Assembly (NCBI RefSeq): GCF_032444005.1
Contig: NC_091283.1
Span: 641,700,001-641,764,000, forward strand
Direction of reading: 5' to 3'
Length of the DNA stretch: 64,000 bases
Source: Ranitomeya imitator
Lineage: Eukaryota
The position numbers were made by a program, and so were the translations under genes. Numbering within the stretch: position 1 is the first letter of the stretch; every line of letters starts with the position of its first letter. The notes under the pieces were generated by a model. The model searched no databases and was not told the DNA's origin. It saw nothing but the letters and a program-made list of their open reading frames with translations. Below, piece by piece: positions 51,514-62,286 of this stretch.

Positions 51514-51772
51514 AGGTACCGTCACACATAACGATATCGTTAACGATATCGTTGCTTTTTGTGACGTAGCAATGATATCGTTACCGAAATTGTTATGCGT
51601 GACAGCGACCAACGATCAGGCCCCTGCTGGGAGATCGTTGGTCGCTGGGGAAAGTCCAGGACTTTATTTCGTCGCTGGATCACCCGCTGACATCGCTGAA
51701 TCGGCGTGTGTGACGCCGATTCAGCGATGTCTTCACTGGTAACCAGGGTAAACATCGGGTTACTAAGCGCAG
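51514..51772. mobile_element. Truncated AGGTACC-family MITE (copy 3)
   Basis: tta|aggtaccgtcacac; reverse complement of the 3' part of the 40978 copy; ends at the L1 junction. Confidence 0.88.
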
Positions 51773-52138
51773 TTGAGAAAAAAAGGCGGCTTGATGAGTA
51801 TTAGGGGCATAGTAGGAGACAAAGGTCACCAATTTGTCAGGTATTGTGCCTGTCACCATAATATAGCGACCTTCCTTATCAACTACTGAAGATTTAAAAA
51901 CAAACGGGACAGATTTCTTAAAACAGATAGCTACACCTTTAGTTTTGTTTGGGGCGTTTGCGGAGTAGAAGAGCGGGTAAGAAGCGGACAAAAATCTAGG
52001 ACAGGATTTAGTTGAAAAGTGCGTCTCTTGGAGACATACCACATCTGCCTGCTGGGATCTATAGTAGCAGAAAGCCTTGGTGCGTTTGTGTGGGGAGTTG
52101 AGTCCCCTCACATTGTGCGATAGGATTGTGAGTGGCAT
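51770..52138 (-). pseudogene. L1 ORF2 APE endonuclease N-terminal fragment
   Basis: MPLTILSHNVRGLNSPHKR...VCLQETHF...GVAI...YYAPN then fused to MITE sequence. Confidence 0.9.
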
Positions 52139-52987
52139 TTTAGGAGGTTGTGAGGTTTGCTTGTGGTAATTCTTAATTGCGATTTATCAGTAGGAGTGGA
52201 GGACGTTTTGCAGAATGGACTAAGTAGGTAGTATAAGCCCGGGCAGGTAGTTGGGTTGGGGGATGGGGTAGATCGGAAGGTGTCTGTGGTTTGGGTGGGG
52301 TGAGAAAGCTTGTTAAGGGGGAAGGGGAAACTGTAATGTTGGCTAAGCACATACTGAGCAGCAGTGTGCGAGGACACTGTGGGGTCGTAGAGGTCTGCTA
52401 GGGGCAGCGCAAAAATAAAAAATGTATGCGATTGTAACGGAATACAGGAATATAATTAATTGGATGATAAAGTCGAACTGGGGGTCTGATTCGGCTATCT
52501 TGGGGGTATTCAATGATGATCTATCCTATCAACCTATTGTAGCAGCTAATAAATGGAAGGCATAGATCGGATTACAAAAAATAACAACTATGCCTAATAA
52601 TATAACTAACTGAGGCCGTTATGCGACTTTATATTACATTTAAAACATTGCGGTAGAGTAGAATATATGTAACCTGTCGCTAGAACATAACAGTCGATAG
52701 GTAAAGAAAAAGGAAACAACACTGTATTAACTTGTGTATTGAATATATTCACTTGTCTGTAGTGAAGATCAGGTCAGGAGATAAGTTCGATCCAGTCCAG
52801 TGTTTCAGTTGAAACGAAAAGCGCAGTAGTTTCCAGTAAGGGAATGTTGGAGTTGCGCAGTTCAGGAACATCTATGAAAATAAACTGAGAAAACACACAT
52901 AACCATATTATCCTAAAACTGAGTGTCTGACAGGATAGCCTGTAGGGTATCAGAGGCCCAGAATAGAGCCAGCAGTTGTACAGCTCA

Positions 52988-53885
52988 TCACGGGGGGTCA
53001 GGCGGAGCTTGCGGACGAGATCGGCGGCGCCAAGGCTGAGAGGAAGCAAGCGGGGGAGATGAAGAGGAATCCATAAGCTGTAATTTAGCTAAGCATCGGC
53101 TCGCTCCTTCGGGGGAGAGAACTGTGTGGATCATATCAAGGTGGGGAAATATCAGTTTAAAGGGGAATCCCCAACGATATTTGATGTTATTGAATCGCAG
53201 AATCTCCAGGTATGGCTTCATAGCTCGTCGTTTGGCGATAGTAGTGGGGGCCAGGTCTGAGAACAGCTTGTATGAGTGGCCTTGGAATGTTAGCGGTGCA
53301 GATTTTCTTGCCGCTTGCAGGAGCTGTTCCTTTGTTTTGTAAAAGTGCATTTTAAGGATGATATCTCTCGGTGGGCCATCTGACTTGCGTCTGCTCAAAG
53401 CTCTATGGATGCGGTCCATTTCTAGGTGCTCAATGGAGATCCCCGGTAGGAGTTTTTGAAACAGGGCTGTTGCGGTGGATTGAAGGTCGGTGACCGTTTC
53501 TGGTATATCTCTGATCCTAATATTGCTCCTACGGGCTCAGTCCTCTAGCTTGCTTCAGGGTGTGGATCTCGTCCTGTAGCATCTCAATATCTTTTTCGTG
53601 AGTTGCTAGGTTTGCAAGGGTCGAGTCCATTTTGTCCTCAAGGTCAGAGGTACAGGAACCAAGTTCTCTGATCTCTATGGTTAAGTCCTTAGTCAATTTG
53701 TCTGACATCTTGAGTAATTCAGAATGTAAGATAGATTGGAACTGCGACAGTAGAGCCGTTTTGTCCAGGGTAGGGGTGTTTTGGGTTTTGGTTGTAGAGG
53801 CTGGGATCATCTCAGTCTGCTCCGTCAGGTATGGAAGAGTTGGAGGACTCCGACTGAGAAAATGGACCGGAAGACATGTCGGCAT
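52988..53885 (-). pseudogene. L1 ORF1p (coiled coil + RRM/CTD), frameshifted
   Basis: ORFs 53529-53885 and 52988-53419 join across a small deletion near 53535. Confidence 0.85.
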
Positions 53886-54048
53886 CCAGGTCTGTTAATG
53901 CGACAAACCTGTTGCTGGATTGTTTTGAATTGGTTCTACGCGCTTTAGGCATGAGGGCGATTAAAATATGGATAGAAGTAGATCCCCGTGATATTTATGC
54001 CATATTAAAAGAACTAAGGTCTAAGACGGGGCATATTGCGCAGTATCC

Positions 54049-54847
54049 TGTTGTGAATTCCGCTCTTGGGCTCCCTCCGGCGGTTGTACGTGGCACTTTT
54101 GTGAGTTCTGCTCTTGGGCTCCCTCCGGTGGTTTTAAGTGGTATGGCTGCTCCTTGGATTTAGCAGTCTGCAGCTGCTTCCACTGATTGTCTTTCTGCTC
54201 GGCTATTTATGCCTGGCTCTTCCCTTCAGCCAGTGCCACTTGTCAATGGTTCCTGGTTGGATTCACATCTCTCTTGGATTTCCCTGAGATCCTGACCTAT
54301 TCAGCAAAGATAAGTCCTTTCTTTGCTCTTTTCTGTCCACACGTTGTGGACTTATTCGTTCTGTGCATTCTATGTTTTGTCCTGCTTGTCAGTATGGATT
54401 AATTCAGTTTAGCTGGAAGCTCTGGGAAGCAGATTTACCCTCCACACCTTTAGTCAAATGTGGAGATTTTTGTAAACTCTGTGTGGATTTTTTGTAGTTT
54501 TTAATACTGACCGCACAGTATTCCGTCCTGTCCTATCTATCTAGCTAGACTGGCCTCCTGTGCTACATCCTGGTTTCATTCTACGTATGTCTTTTCCCTC
54601 TCCACTCACAGTCATTACTTGTGGGGGGCTATCTATCCTTTGGGGATTTTCTCTGAGGCAAGATAGTCTTCCTGTTTCTATCTTTAGGGGTAGTTAGTTC
54701 TCAGGCTGTGACGAGGTGCCTAGGGAGTGACAGGAGCATCCCACAGCTACTTCTAGTGTTGTGTTGAGCTTAGGGACTGCGGTCAGTACAGGTACCACCT
54801 CCGTCAGAGCTCGTCCCATGTTGCTCCTAAACCACCAGATCATAACA
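54049..54847 (+). mobile_element. Solo LTR inserted in the L1
   Basis: TGTTGTG...CATAACA termini; GTATCC direct repeat on both flanks; no coding sequence. Confidence 0.85.
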
Positions 54848-55989
54848 GTATCCCCTAGCAGATGTGCGAGGGATAGGTTAGAGCATTGCAACAGTTTTTA
54901 GGGTATTTTGTAGACTGAGTCTAGTTAGGCAGGTGTTGTGTTAAAAATAGTCAAAAGTATGATTGTGCCAGTGGAGAAGAAGATTGAGATTATGAGTGAC
55001 AAGTCTGAAGGCTGGCGGAGTGGGGAGTTTATTGCGGGAGCCGGGAAACCGCAATGGCGACAGCCCCTCACGGACTGCGTGGACCCAGCCGGGGGGGAAC
55101 GGCAACCCCCCAGCGTCCAAGGCCCAGTCCCCTCACAATTAGCTCAGCTGGGGGGGATATAGCACAAGGCGGTCTCTCACCTCTGCTGTTAGGTGCCGGG
55201 AAGTCTTCTGTCCACCGGGGGGGCTGTGGATCCCCTGTAGCAGAGTAATGGTGCCCAGGCCAGCAGCCCCAGGAGTCAGGTGCGCAGCGTCTGTGGGACC
55301 GTGATTAATGGCGGCGCGTCCTCCGCACGTCTCTCAGGCAGACGGCTGCCAGCGCAGGCCACACACCTCCTAGCAGCCGCAGCTATCACCGCAGGGCCCA
55401 GGCGTCGGAAGGGGGCCCGGGGACGAGCGGGCGGCACAGCGCAGTAGCTGCTCCGGAACGGCCGGCGTGTAGGTAAGCACCGCCGGTGTATCTCTCCAGC
55501 AGTGCGAGCCGGGGTTCACACTGCCGCTTCTATGGTGCAGGAGGAGGCCGGATGAGACGTGGGCTCACGGTGCCCGACGCAACTCACCGCGCGGCGGTCT
55601 CTGCCCTCCCTCGGCGGCGTCCAGACCTCGGCAACAGGGGCCCCTCGGCAACAGGGGCCCCTCAGCTTCGGGATGGCAGGGGTGGGTTGGCTCTCCTGCA
55701 AGGTACAGTCCGGACTGTCCCACTGGAGTAGGGAGGCGCCAAGGGCCTCCCAGCTGGAGATGGGCTGCATCGGCATCCCGCAGGCCTCAGGCCCGACAGT
55801 AGGCCTCAAGCTGGCACCGTAATTCCGGACCGCTCCTTTCACCTCCGCGGACAGATATTGCTCCCGTGGCCCTGGGGCTATATACTCCTGCCCTTTTATT
55901 TCTTGGATGGGTCTCCAATGTCCAGAAAAACGGGCGGATTACCCTTGCAGCTTAGGGAGCCCAGGGAAGCACGTCTTGCTCCTGCTATT

Positions 55990-56172
55990 TAATTATTTTA
56001 AAATCATACGATTGATAAATCATGTGATTGTCTGTCTGTTTTTTTTATTTTCAGATTCTGTCTCTCACAGTTGAAATGTACCTACGATAAAAATTACAAA
56101 CTTATCCATTCTTTGTTGGTGTAAAAACTTGTAAATTCAGCAGCGTATCAAATACCAATTTTCCCCAATGTA
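55990..56172. mobile_element. Tc1-like terminal remnant
   Basis: ctgtctctcacagttgaaatgtacctacgataaaaattac...tatcaaataccaattttccccaatgTA. Confidence 0.6.
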
Positions 56173-56531
56173 GTCAATAGTACTATATATATATAGAGAG
56201 AGTGTGAGTTGTCTAAGGTCCACTTCTGTCTGTATGTCTGTAACGGAAATCCCGCGTCGCTGATTTGTCATGCCCAGCCGGCCGCAACCAATCAGTGACA
56301 GGCACAGTCCGGCCGCGAATTGGCTCCTCCCTACTCCCCTCCAGTCAGTGCCCCCTCCATACTCCCCTCCAGTCAGTACCCCCTCCATACTCCCCTCCAG
56401 TCACTGCTCCCTCTATACTCTCCTCCAGTCAGCGCCCACATAGCGTTTCAGAGGTCCGTTAAACGGACTGCGTTACACAACGGCATAACGCGGTGTAGCG
56501 CAGTCCATTAACGGTGCCATTAACACTGTAA

Positions 56532-56939
56532 GGGTACGTTCACACGGGACTTTTTTGCTGCGTATTTTTGCTGCGTTTGTTTATGCTAATTTTCAGCTGC
56601 TTTTTACAGTACCAGCAAAGCCTATGAGATTTCAGAAATCTCATGCACATACATTGGTTTTTTGTTTGATCAGTATTTTGTGCTTTGCTGCGTTTTTTGA
56701 CATGTTACTTCTAGCGTTTTTGCTGCGTTTTTTCACCCATTGACTTGAATGGATGTTGAAAAAAACGCAGCAAAAACGCAGGTATCATTATTTGCTGCGT
56801 TTTTGCTGCTGAAAATCCAAGGACCTTAGTCTGGAAAAAGAGAAAAAAAAACGCACCAAAAAAAGCACCAAAAACACACCTAAATTAGCATAAAAAGTAG
56901 CAAAAATACACAGCAAAAAAGTCCTGTGTGAACTTACCC
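56532..56939. mobile_element. Harbinger-like MITE nested in the Helitron
   Basis: TAA|GGGTACGTTCACAC ... GTGTGAACTTACCC|TTA. Confidence 0.85.
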
Positions 56940-57279
56940 TTAGTGTGACCAACATTTTACTATTGATGCTGCCTATGCAGCATCAATAGTAAAAACATGT
57001 AATGTTAAAAATAATAATTAAAAAAAAAATTATATTCTCACCTTCCGTCTTCCGCGCCAGCCTTTCCCGCTCCTCGCGACGCTCCGGTCCCAAGAATGCA
57101 TTGCCGCAAAGACCCGTGATGACGTAGCGGTCTCTCTACATCATCTCGTGTTATTACTGGGAACCCGACGAGCATCGCTAAAGGCTTGGGCTGGATACGG
57201 GGGCCGCCGGAAGGTGAGTATATAACTAATTTTTATTTGAATTCTTTTTTTAACAGGGATATGGTGCCCACATTGCTAT

Positions 57280-58000
57280 ACACTGCGTGGGCTGTTATAT
57301 ACTGCGTGGGCTGTGTTATAGACTGTGTGGGCTGTGTTATAGACTGCGTGGGCTGTTATATACTACGTGGGCTGTGTTATATACTGCGTGGGCTGTGTTA
57401 TAGACTGCGTGGGCTGTGTTATAGACTGCGTGGGCTGTGTTATAGACTGCGTGGGCTGTGTTATATACTGCGTGGGCTGTGTTATATGCTGCGTGGGCTG
57501 TGTTATATGCTGCGTGGGCTGCGTTATGTGCTGCGTGGGCTGCGTTATGTGCTGCGTGGGCTGCGTTATGTGCTGCGTGGGCTGCGTTATGTGCTGCGTG
57601 GGCTGCGTTATGTGCTGCGTGGGCTGCGTTATGTACTGCGTGGGCTGCGTTATGTACTGCGTGGGCTGCGTTATGTACTGCGTGGGCTGCGTTATGTACT
57701 GCGTGGGCTGCGTTATGTACTGCGTGGGCTGCGTTATGTACTGCGTGGGCTGCGTTATGTACTGCGTGGGCTGTGCTCTACACTGCGTGGGCTGTGGTCT
57801 ACACTACGCGGGCTGTGGTCTACACTACGCGGGCTGTGGTCTACACTACGCGGGCTGTGGTCTACACTACGCGGGCTGTGGTCTACACTACGCGGGCTGT
57901 GGTCTACACTACGCGGGCTGTGGTCTACACTACGCGGGCTGTGCTCTACACTACGCGGGCTGTGCTCTACACTACGCGGGCTGTGCTCTATACTACGCAG
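57280..58000. repeat. 20-22 bp minisatellite with successive variant blocks
   Basis: atactgcgtgggctgtgtt, then atgtgctgcgtgggctgcgtt, then acactacgcgggctgtggtct. Confidence 0.95.
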
Positions 58001-58191
58001 CTGGCCGCGAACAATCAGCGACAGGCGCAGTCCGGCCGCGAATTGCCGTGGAATTTGAACCACGCTTCGCTAGTTGGTCGCGCCTGGCCGGCCGAATCCT
58101 GTGTATTCATTGCATTATTCTGAAATCTTCATAAATAAACTACATACATATTCTATAATACTCGATGCATTAGAATCAGGCCACCATCTAG

Positions 58192-59200
58192 TGCAGTTAA
58201 AACACCCTCCAGTTCTTTGAGCGACGATGGCGGCGGAAATCGACGTCTAACTTGAATCTCTAAAATCGACCATAAATGCTCAATAATGTTGAGGTCTGGG
58301 TATTGTGGGGGACAGATGAAATGCTCAACTTCATTAGAATGTTCCTCGTGCCATTCTTTAACGATTCTAGCTGTATGAATTGGTGCATTATCATCCTGAA
58401 AGATGGCGTTCCCCTCCGGGAACAGTGCTTGAACCATTGGATCCGTTTGGTCGCCCAAAATGCCTAAATAATCTCGGCTGTTAATTCTTCCATGAAGGGA
58501 TATCATTGGCCCGGCGTATCTCCACGAAATAGCACCCCAGATCATCACAGAACCTCCGCCATGTTTTACGGTTGGGAGGAGGCAGTCTGGATGGAATGCT
58601 TCTTTCGGCTGTCTCCAAACATACACTCGGCCGGAGGTCGGAAATAGGGTAAACGATGATTCGTCTGAGAATATCACGTTTCCACTGCTCGAGGGACCAA
58701 TTCTTGAGGTTTCTACACCACTCTAAACGCTTGGAAACATTTGTCATTGAGAGCAGCGCTTTTCTAATTGCAGCTCTTCCGTGGAATCCAGATTTGTGCA
58801 GCTCCCGACGAACAGTTTTCATGGAAACTGGGTTCTGTAGGTGTTCATTGAGCTCAGCAGTGATTTTCGGAGCAGTGGTCTTGCGATCCTCTCTCACAAT
58901 TCGCTTTAGAGTCCGACGGTCTCTCTCAGTCAACTTCAACTTTCGGCCGGACCTGTGCTTTGCTGCGGACGTTTTTCCTTCTCTTTCAAACGCAGTCATT
59001 ACTTTGGAGACAGTACCTCTTGACACGCCAAGCATTCGGGCACTTTCTGTTACACTAGCGCCTGCCATACGAGCACCAACAATTTGGCCTCTTTGAAAAT
59101 CCGAGAGGTCTGCCATTGGTATCAGGTTCTCATCAATATTCTTACAATTGTGCAAAACAAACAGTTAATTTACATACACATATCACATAACACAAATAAT
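58192..59200 (-). mobile_element. Tc1-like element with a frameshifted DD36E transposase, 3' end lost
   Basis: MADLSDFQRGQIVGARMAG...; FSDESSF; QDDNAPIH-(36 aa)-EHLW; frame change near 58677. Confidence 0.88.
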
Positions 59201-59363
59201 CAACTACAAAACATTACCATATGTCACGCATTGCATGTTTATAATATGTTCGAAGATTATGATGCCTGAGCCTTTTTCAAGCTTGGTATACATGTTGGAT
59301 TAATGTTTGGACCATTTTTATCCAGAGGGCTAGGCACCCACCATTGGTGAGCATTGTGCTGTA

Positions 59364-60536
59364 CAGTGGGGCAAAAAAGTATTTAGTCAGTCAGCAATAG
59401 TGCAAGTTCCACCACTTAAAAAGATGAGAGGCGTCTGTAATTTACATCATAGGTAGACCTCAACTATGGGAGACAAACTGAGAAAAAAAAATCCAGAAAA
59501 TCACATTGTCTGTTTTTTTAACATTTTATTTGCATATTATGGTGGAAAATAAGTATTTGGTCAGAAACAAAATTTCATCTCAATACTTTGTAATATATCC
59601 TTTGTTGGCAATGACAGAGGTCAAACGTTTTCTTTAAGTCTTCACAAGGTTGCCACACACTGTTGTTGGTATGTTGGCCCATTCCTCCATGCAGATCTCC
59701 TCTAGAGCAGTGATGTTTTTGGCTTTTCGCTTGGCAACACGGACTTTCAACTCCCTCCAAAGGTTTTCTATAGGGTTGAGATCTGGAGACTGGCTAGGCC
59801 ACTCCAGGACCTTGAAATGCTTCTTACGAAGCCACTCCTTCGTTGCCCTGGCGGTGTGCTTTGGATCATTGTCATGTTGAAAGACCCAGCCACATTTCAT
59901 CTTCAATGCCCTTGCTGATGGAAGGAGGTTTGCACTCAAAATCTCACGATACATGGCCCCATTAATTCTTTCATGTACCCGGATCAGTCGTCCTGGCCCC
60001 TTTGCAGAGAAACAGCCCCAAAGCATGATGTTTCCACCACCATGCTTTACAGTAGGTATGGTGTTTGATGGATGCAACTCAGTATTCTTTTTCCTCCAAA
60101 CACGACAAGTTGTGTTTCTACCAAACAGTTCCAGTTTGGTTTCATCAGACCATAGGACATTCTCCCAAAACTCCTCTGGATCATCCAAATGCTCTCTAGC
60201 AAACTTCAGACGGGCCCGGACATGTACTGGCTTAAGCAGTGGGACACGTCTGGCACTGCAGGATCTGAGTCCATGGTGGCGTAGTGTGTTACTTATGGTA
60301 GGCCTTGTTACATTGGTCCCAGCTCTCTGCAGTTCATTCACTAGGTCCCCCCGCGTGGTTCTGGGATTTTTGCTCACCGTTCTTGTGATCATTCTGACCC
60401 CACGGGGTGGGATTTTGCGTGGAGCCCCAGATCGAGGGAGATTATCAGTGGTCTTGTATGTCTTCCATTTTCTAATTATTGCTCCCACTGTTGATTTCTT
60501 CACTCCAAGCTGGTTGGCTACTTTTTTGCCCCACTG
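59364..60536 (-). mobile_element. Internally deleted copy of the Tc1 family at 47245
   Basis: TA|CAGTGGGGCAAAAAAG at both tips; transposase from about codon 29 onward near-identical to 47595; 5' part deleted. Confidence 0.93.
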
Positions 60537-60540
60537 TATG

Positions 60541-60580
<40 letters not shown>

Positions 60581-60606
60581 GGAACAGCACACTGCTCACC
60601 AATGGT

Positions 60607-60731
60607 GGGGCAATATACTACGTGGCTGGGCAATATACTACGTGGCTGGGCAATATACTACGTGACTGGGCAATATACTACGTGGACATGCATATTCTAG
60701 AATACCCGATGCGTTAGAATTGGGCCGACAA

Positions 60732-60736
<5 letters not shown>
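60607..60736 (+). mobile_element. Helitron 3'-end fragment (family of 27108)
   Basis: gggcaatatactacgtg repeats plus the cccgatgcgttagaattggg hairpin and CTAA|T. Confidence 0.8.
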
Positions 60737-60809
<73 letters not shown>

Positions 60810-61355
60810 ACAAAAAGAGCAAAATGCCCCATAGATAAATATAACACAACAAGTAACCAGAAAAATATACAAATTTTATTAATAAACAATGTAAAACATA
60901 CATATACACAGAATGAGAATACAGTGAATGATAAACAAACAGGACACTCGCATTGGAGTGTATACCGATACATAGACTCGAAAACAGAGTACCACGAGTC
61001 ATAACATGTGCATAGTGCACCGGGTAATTAGTCTGCATTTGTGTGCATACACTGAAAGATATGTAGAACTCACAGTAGAAAAATACCAACTCAACCCCAT
61101 GTATAAATAAAGGCACTGCCTGTAATCAGTAAAATAGAGGGAGTTATATAGTAATAGGCTAACTGCAAGTACCAAACATCAGAATATACATAACCTAAGT
61201 GTCCACCATCATACTGATGCCTATACTTATATAGTGTCCTACCGCACCCATATGTCTAACAATAGCTGGCGACACACCTAAAATGCCTAAAGAAAGCAAG
61301 TGACATCCAGTGCTTACCCATGTCGTATCACTACCAAATGTAGAATGTCCTGTTG

Positions 61356-61403
61356 GAAGCCCCGACGCGCGTTTCGCGTATTCAATGCTTCCTCGGGGGG
61401 CTG
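61356..61403 (-). ncRNA. Minimal type I hammerhead motif of the Penelope element (U4C variant)
   Basis: Minus strand agcccc-CCGAGGA-agcattgaatacgc-GAAA-cgcgcgtC-ggggct; 6-bp stem I, palindromic stem III. Confidence 0.7.
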
Positions 61404-62286
61404 TGTGGTCTCTCTAAAGTCCCTCGTTCTTATATTGTGTGTGCACCTGGAGGTCAGCAATCACAGCGATATTCGGCGCATGCGGGCAGAGAAGGCAGAG
61501 AGTGCCGCGTCATTTCCGGCATCCCAACGACGCCGAGCATAGAGGGAAATCCCTCATGTCGTCAGTACCGCTCGGCGCCGCTGTACGGAGGCCTTAATGG
61601 GCGCGGCTTCATCGCCTCTCCAGCACGCATGCGCACCACTGCGGGAGCCATAACAAGAAAGGGCAAATGTACTGGAAAAAGACACGGCACCTAATACATC
61701 CAACTTACAGAAACAAATAGCAAATATCAACAGATAGTACATCGCACTTAAGAACATGGGCGCGATCCGCATCCCTTCTTCTGGATCATCATACAGAAAA
61801 TCCAATTTTTCGTCCACATCCCATCATGTCCGAAAGTAATAGTAAGTTGCAGCATAGTACTCCGGTAACATGTTGAATCGCCATATCCACACCGTGCCAT
61901 ATTAGAGAATGTAAATTAGATAAATCCAGTTCATCCAAGTATGCCGGCCAGTATAATAGTTCAGACCGCAGACTTGTCTCAGGCTGTCATGTCGGGAAAT
62001 TTAGTAAATTGCAGCATGTTAGTCCAATAGAGTATTGTATTAACCCCGTCCACATCATGCCATATAAAACTTGTCAGTTAGATGTAGATTTCTCCAATGC
62101 TCCCAAACATACCAGCCGATGAAATAGCTCAGACAGCAATCACTTGCTCCAGGTTCATTGAGTGTGACAAATATGAAAAAAGCAGAAATAAAAAATACTG
62201 CAAAAGACACAAAACAAAAACAGTTAAAAACCAATAAAATAACAGTAAGCTAAAAACAAAGAGAACAGAGTGGAACCCCATAAAGC

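Larger units (their letters stand above)
51770..55985 (-). mobile_element. L1-clade LINE retaining 5' region, ORF1 and the start of ORF2; 3' part deleted
   Basis: GC-rich 5' region; ORF1 MDRIHRAL..PRDIILKMH..YRWGFPF; ORF2 SHNVRGLN..CLQETH..YAPN. Confidence 0.9.
56178..58191 (+). mobile_element. Non-autonomous Helitron (family of 27108) with a nested MITE and minisatellites
   Basis: 5' tactatata...ttgtctaagg; 3' hairpin then CCACCATCTAG|T. Confidence 0.82.

Noticed and set aside
16742-58000. Regular 20-50 bp repeats as CRISPR arrays
   Set aside because: Units are head-to-tail without unique spacers, there are no cas genes, and the context is vertebrate.
57186-58134. Repetitive ORFs (LRGLRYV, CVGCV, AAWAAL)
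   Set aside because: Helitron minisatellite read in three frames.
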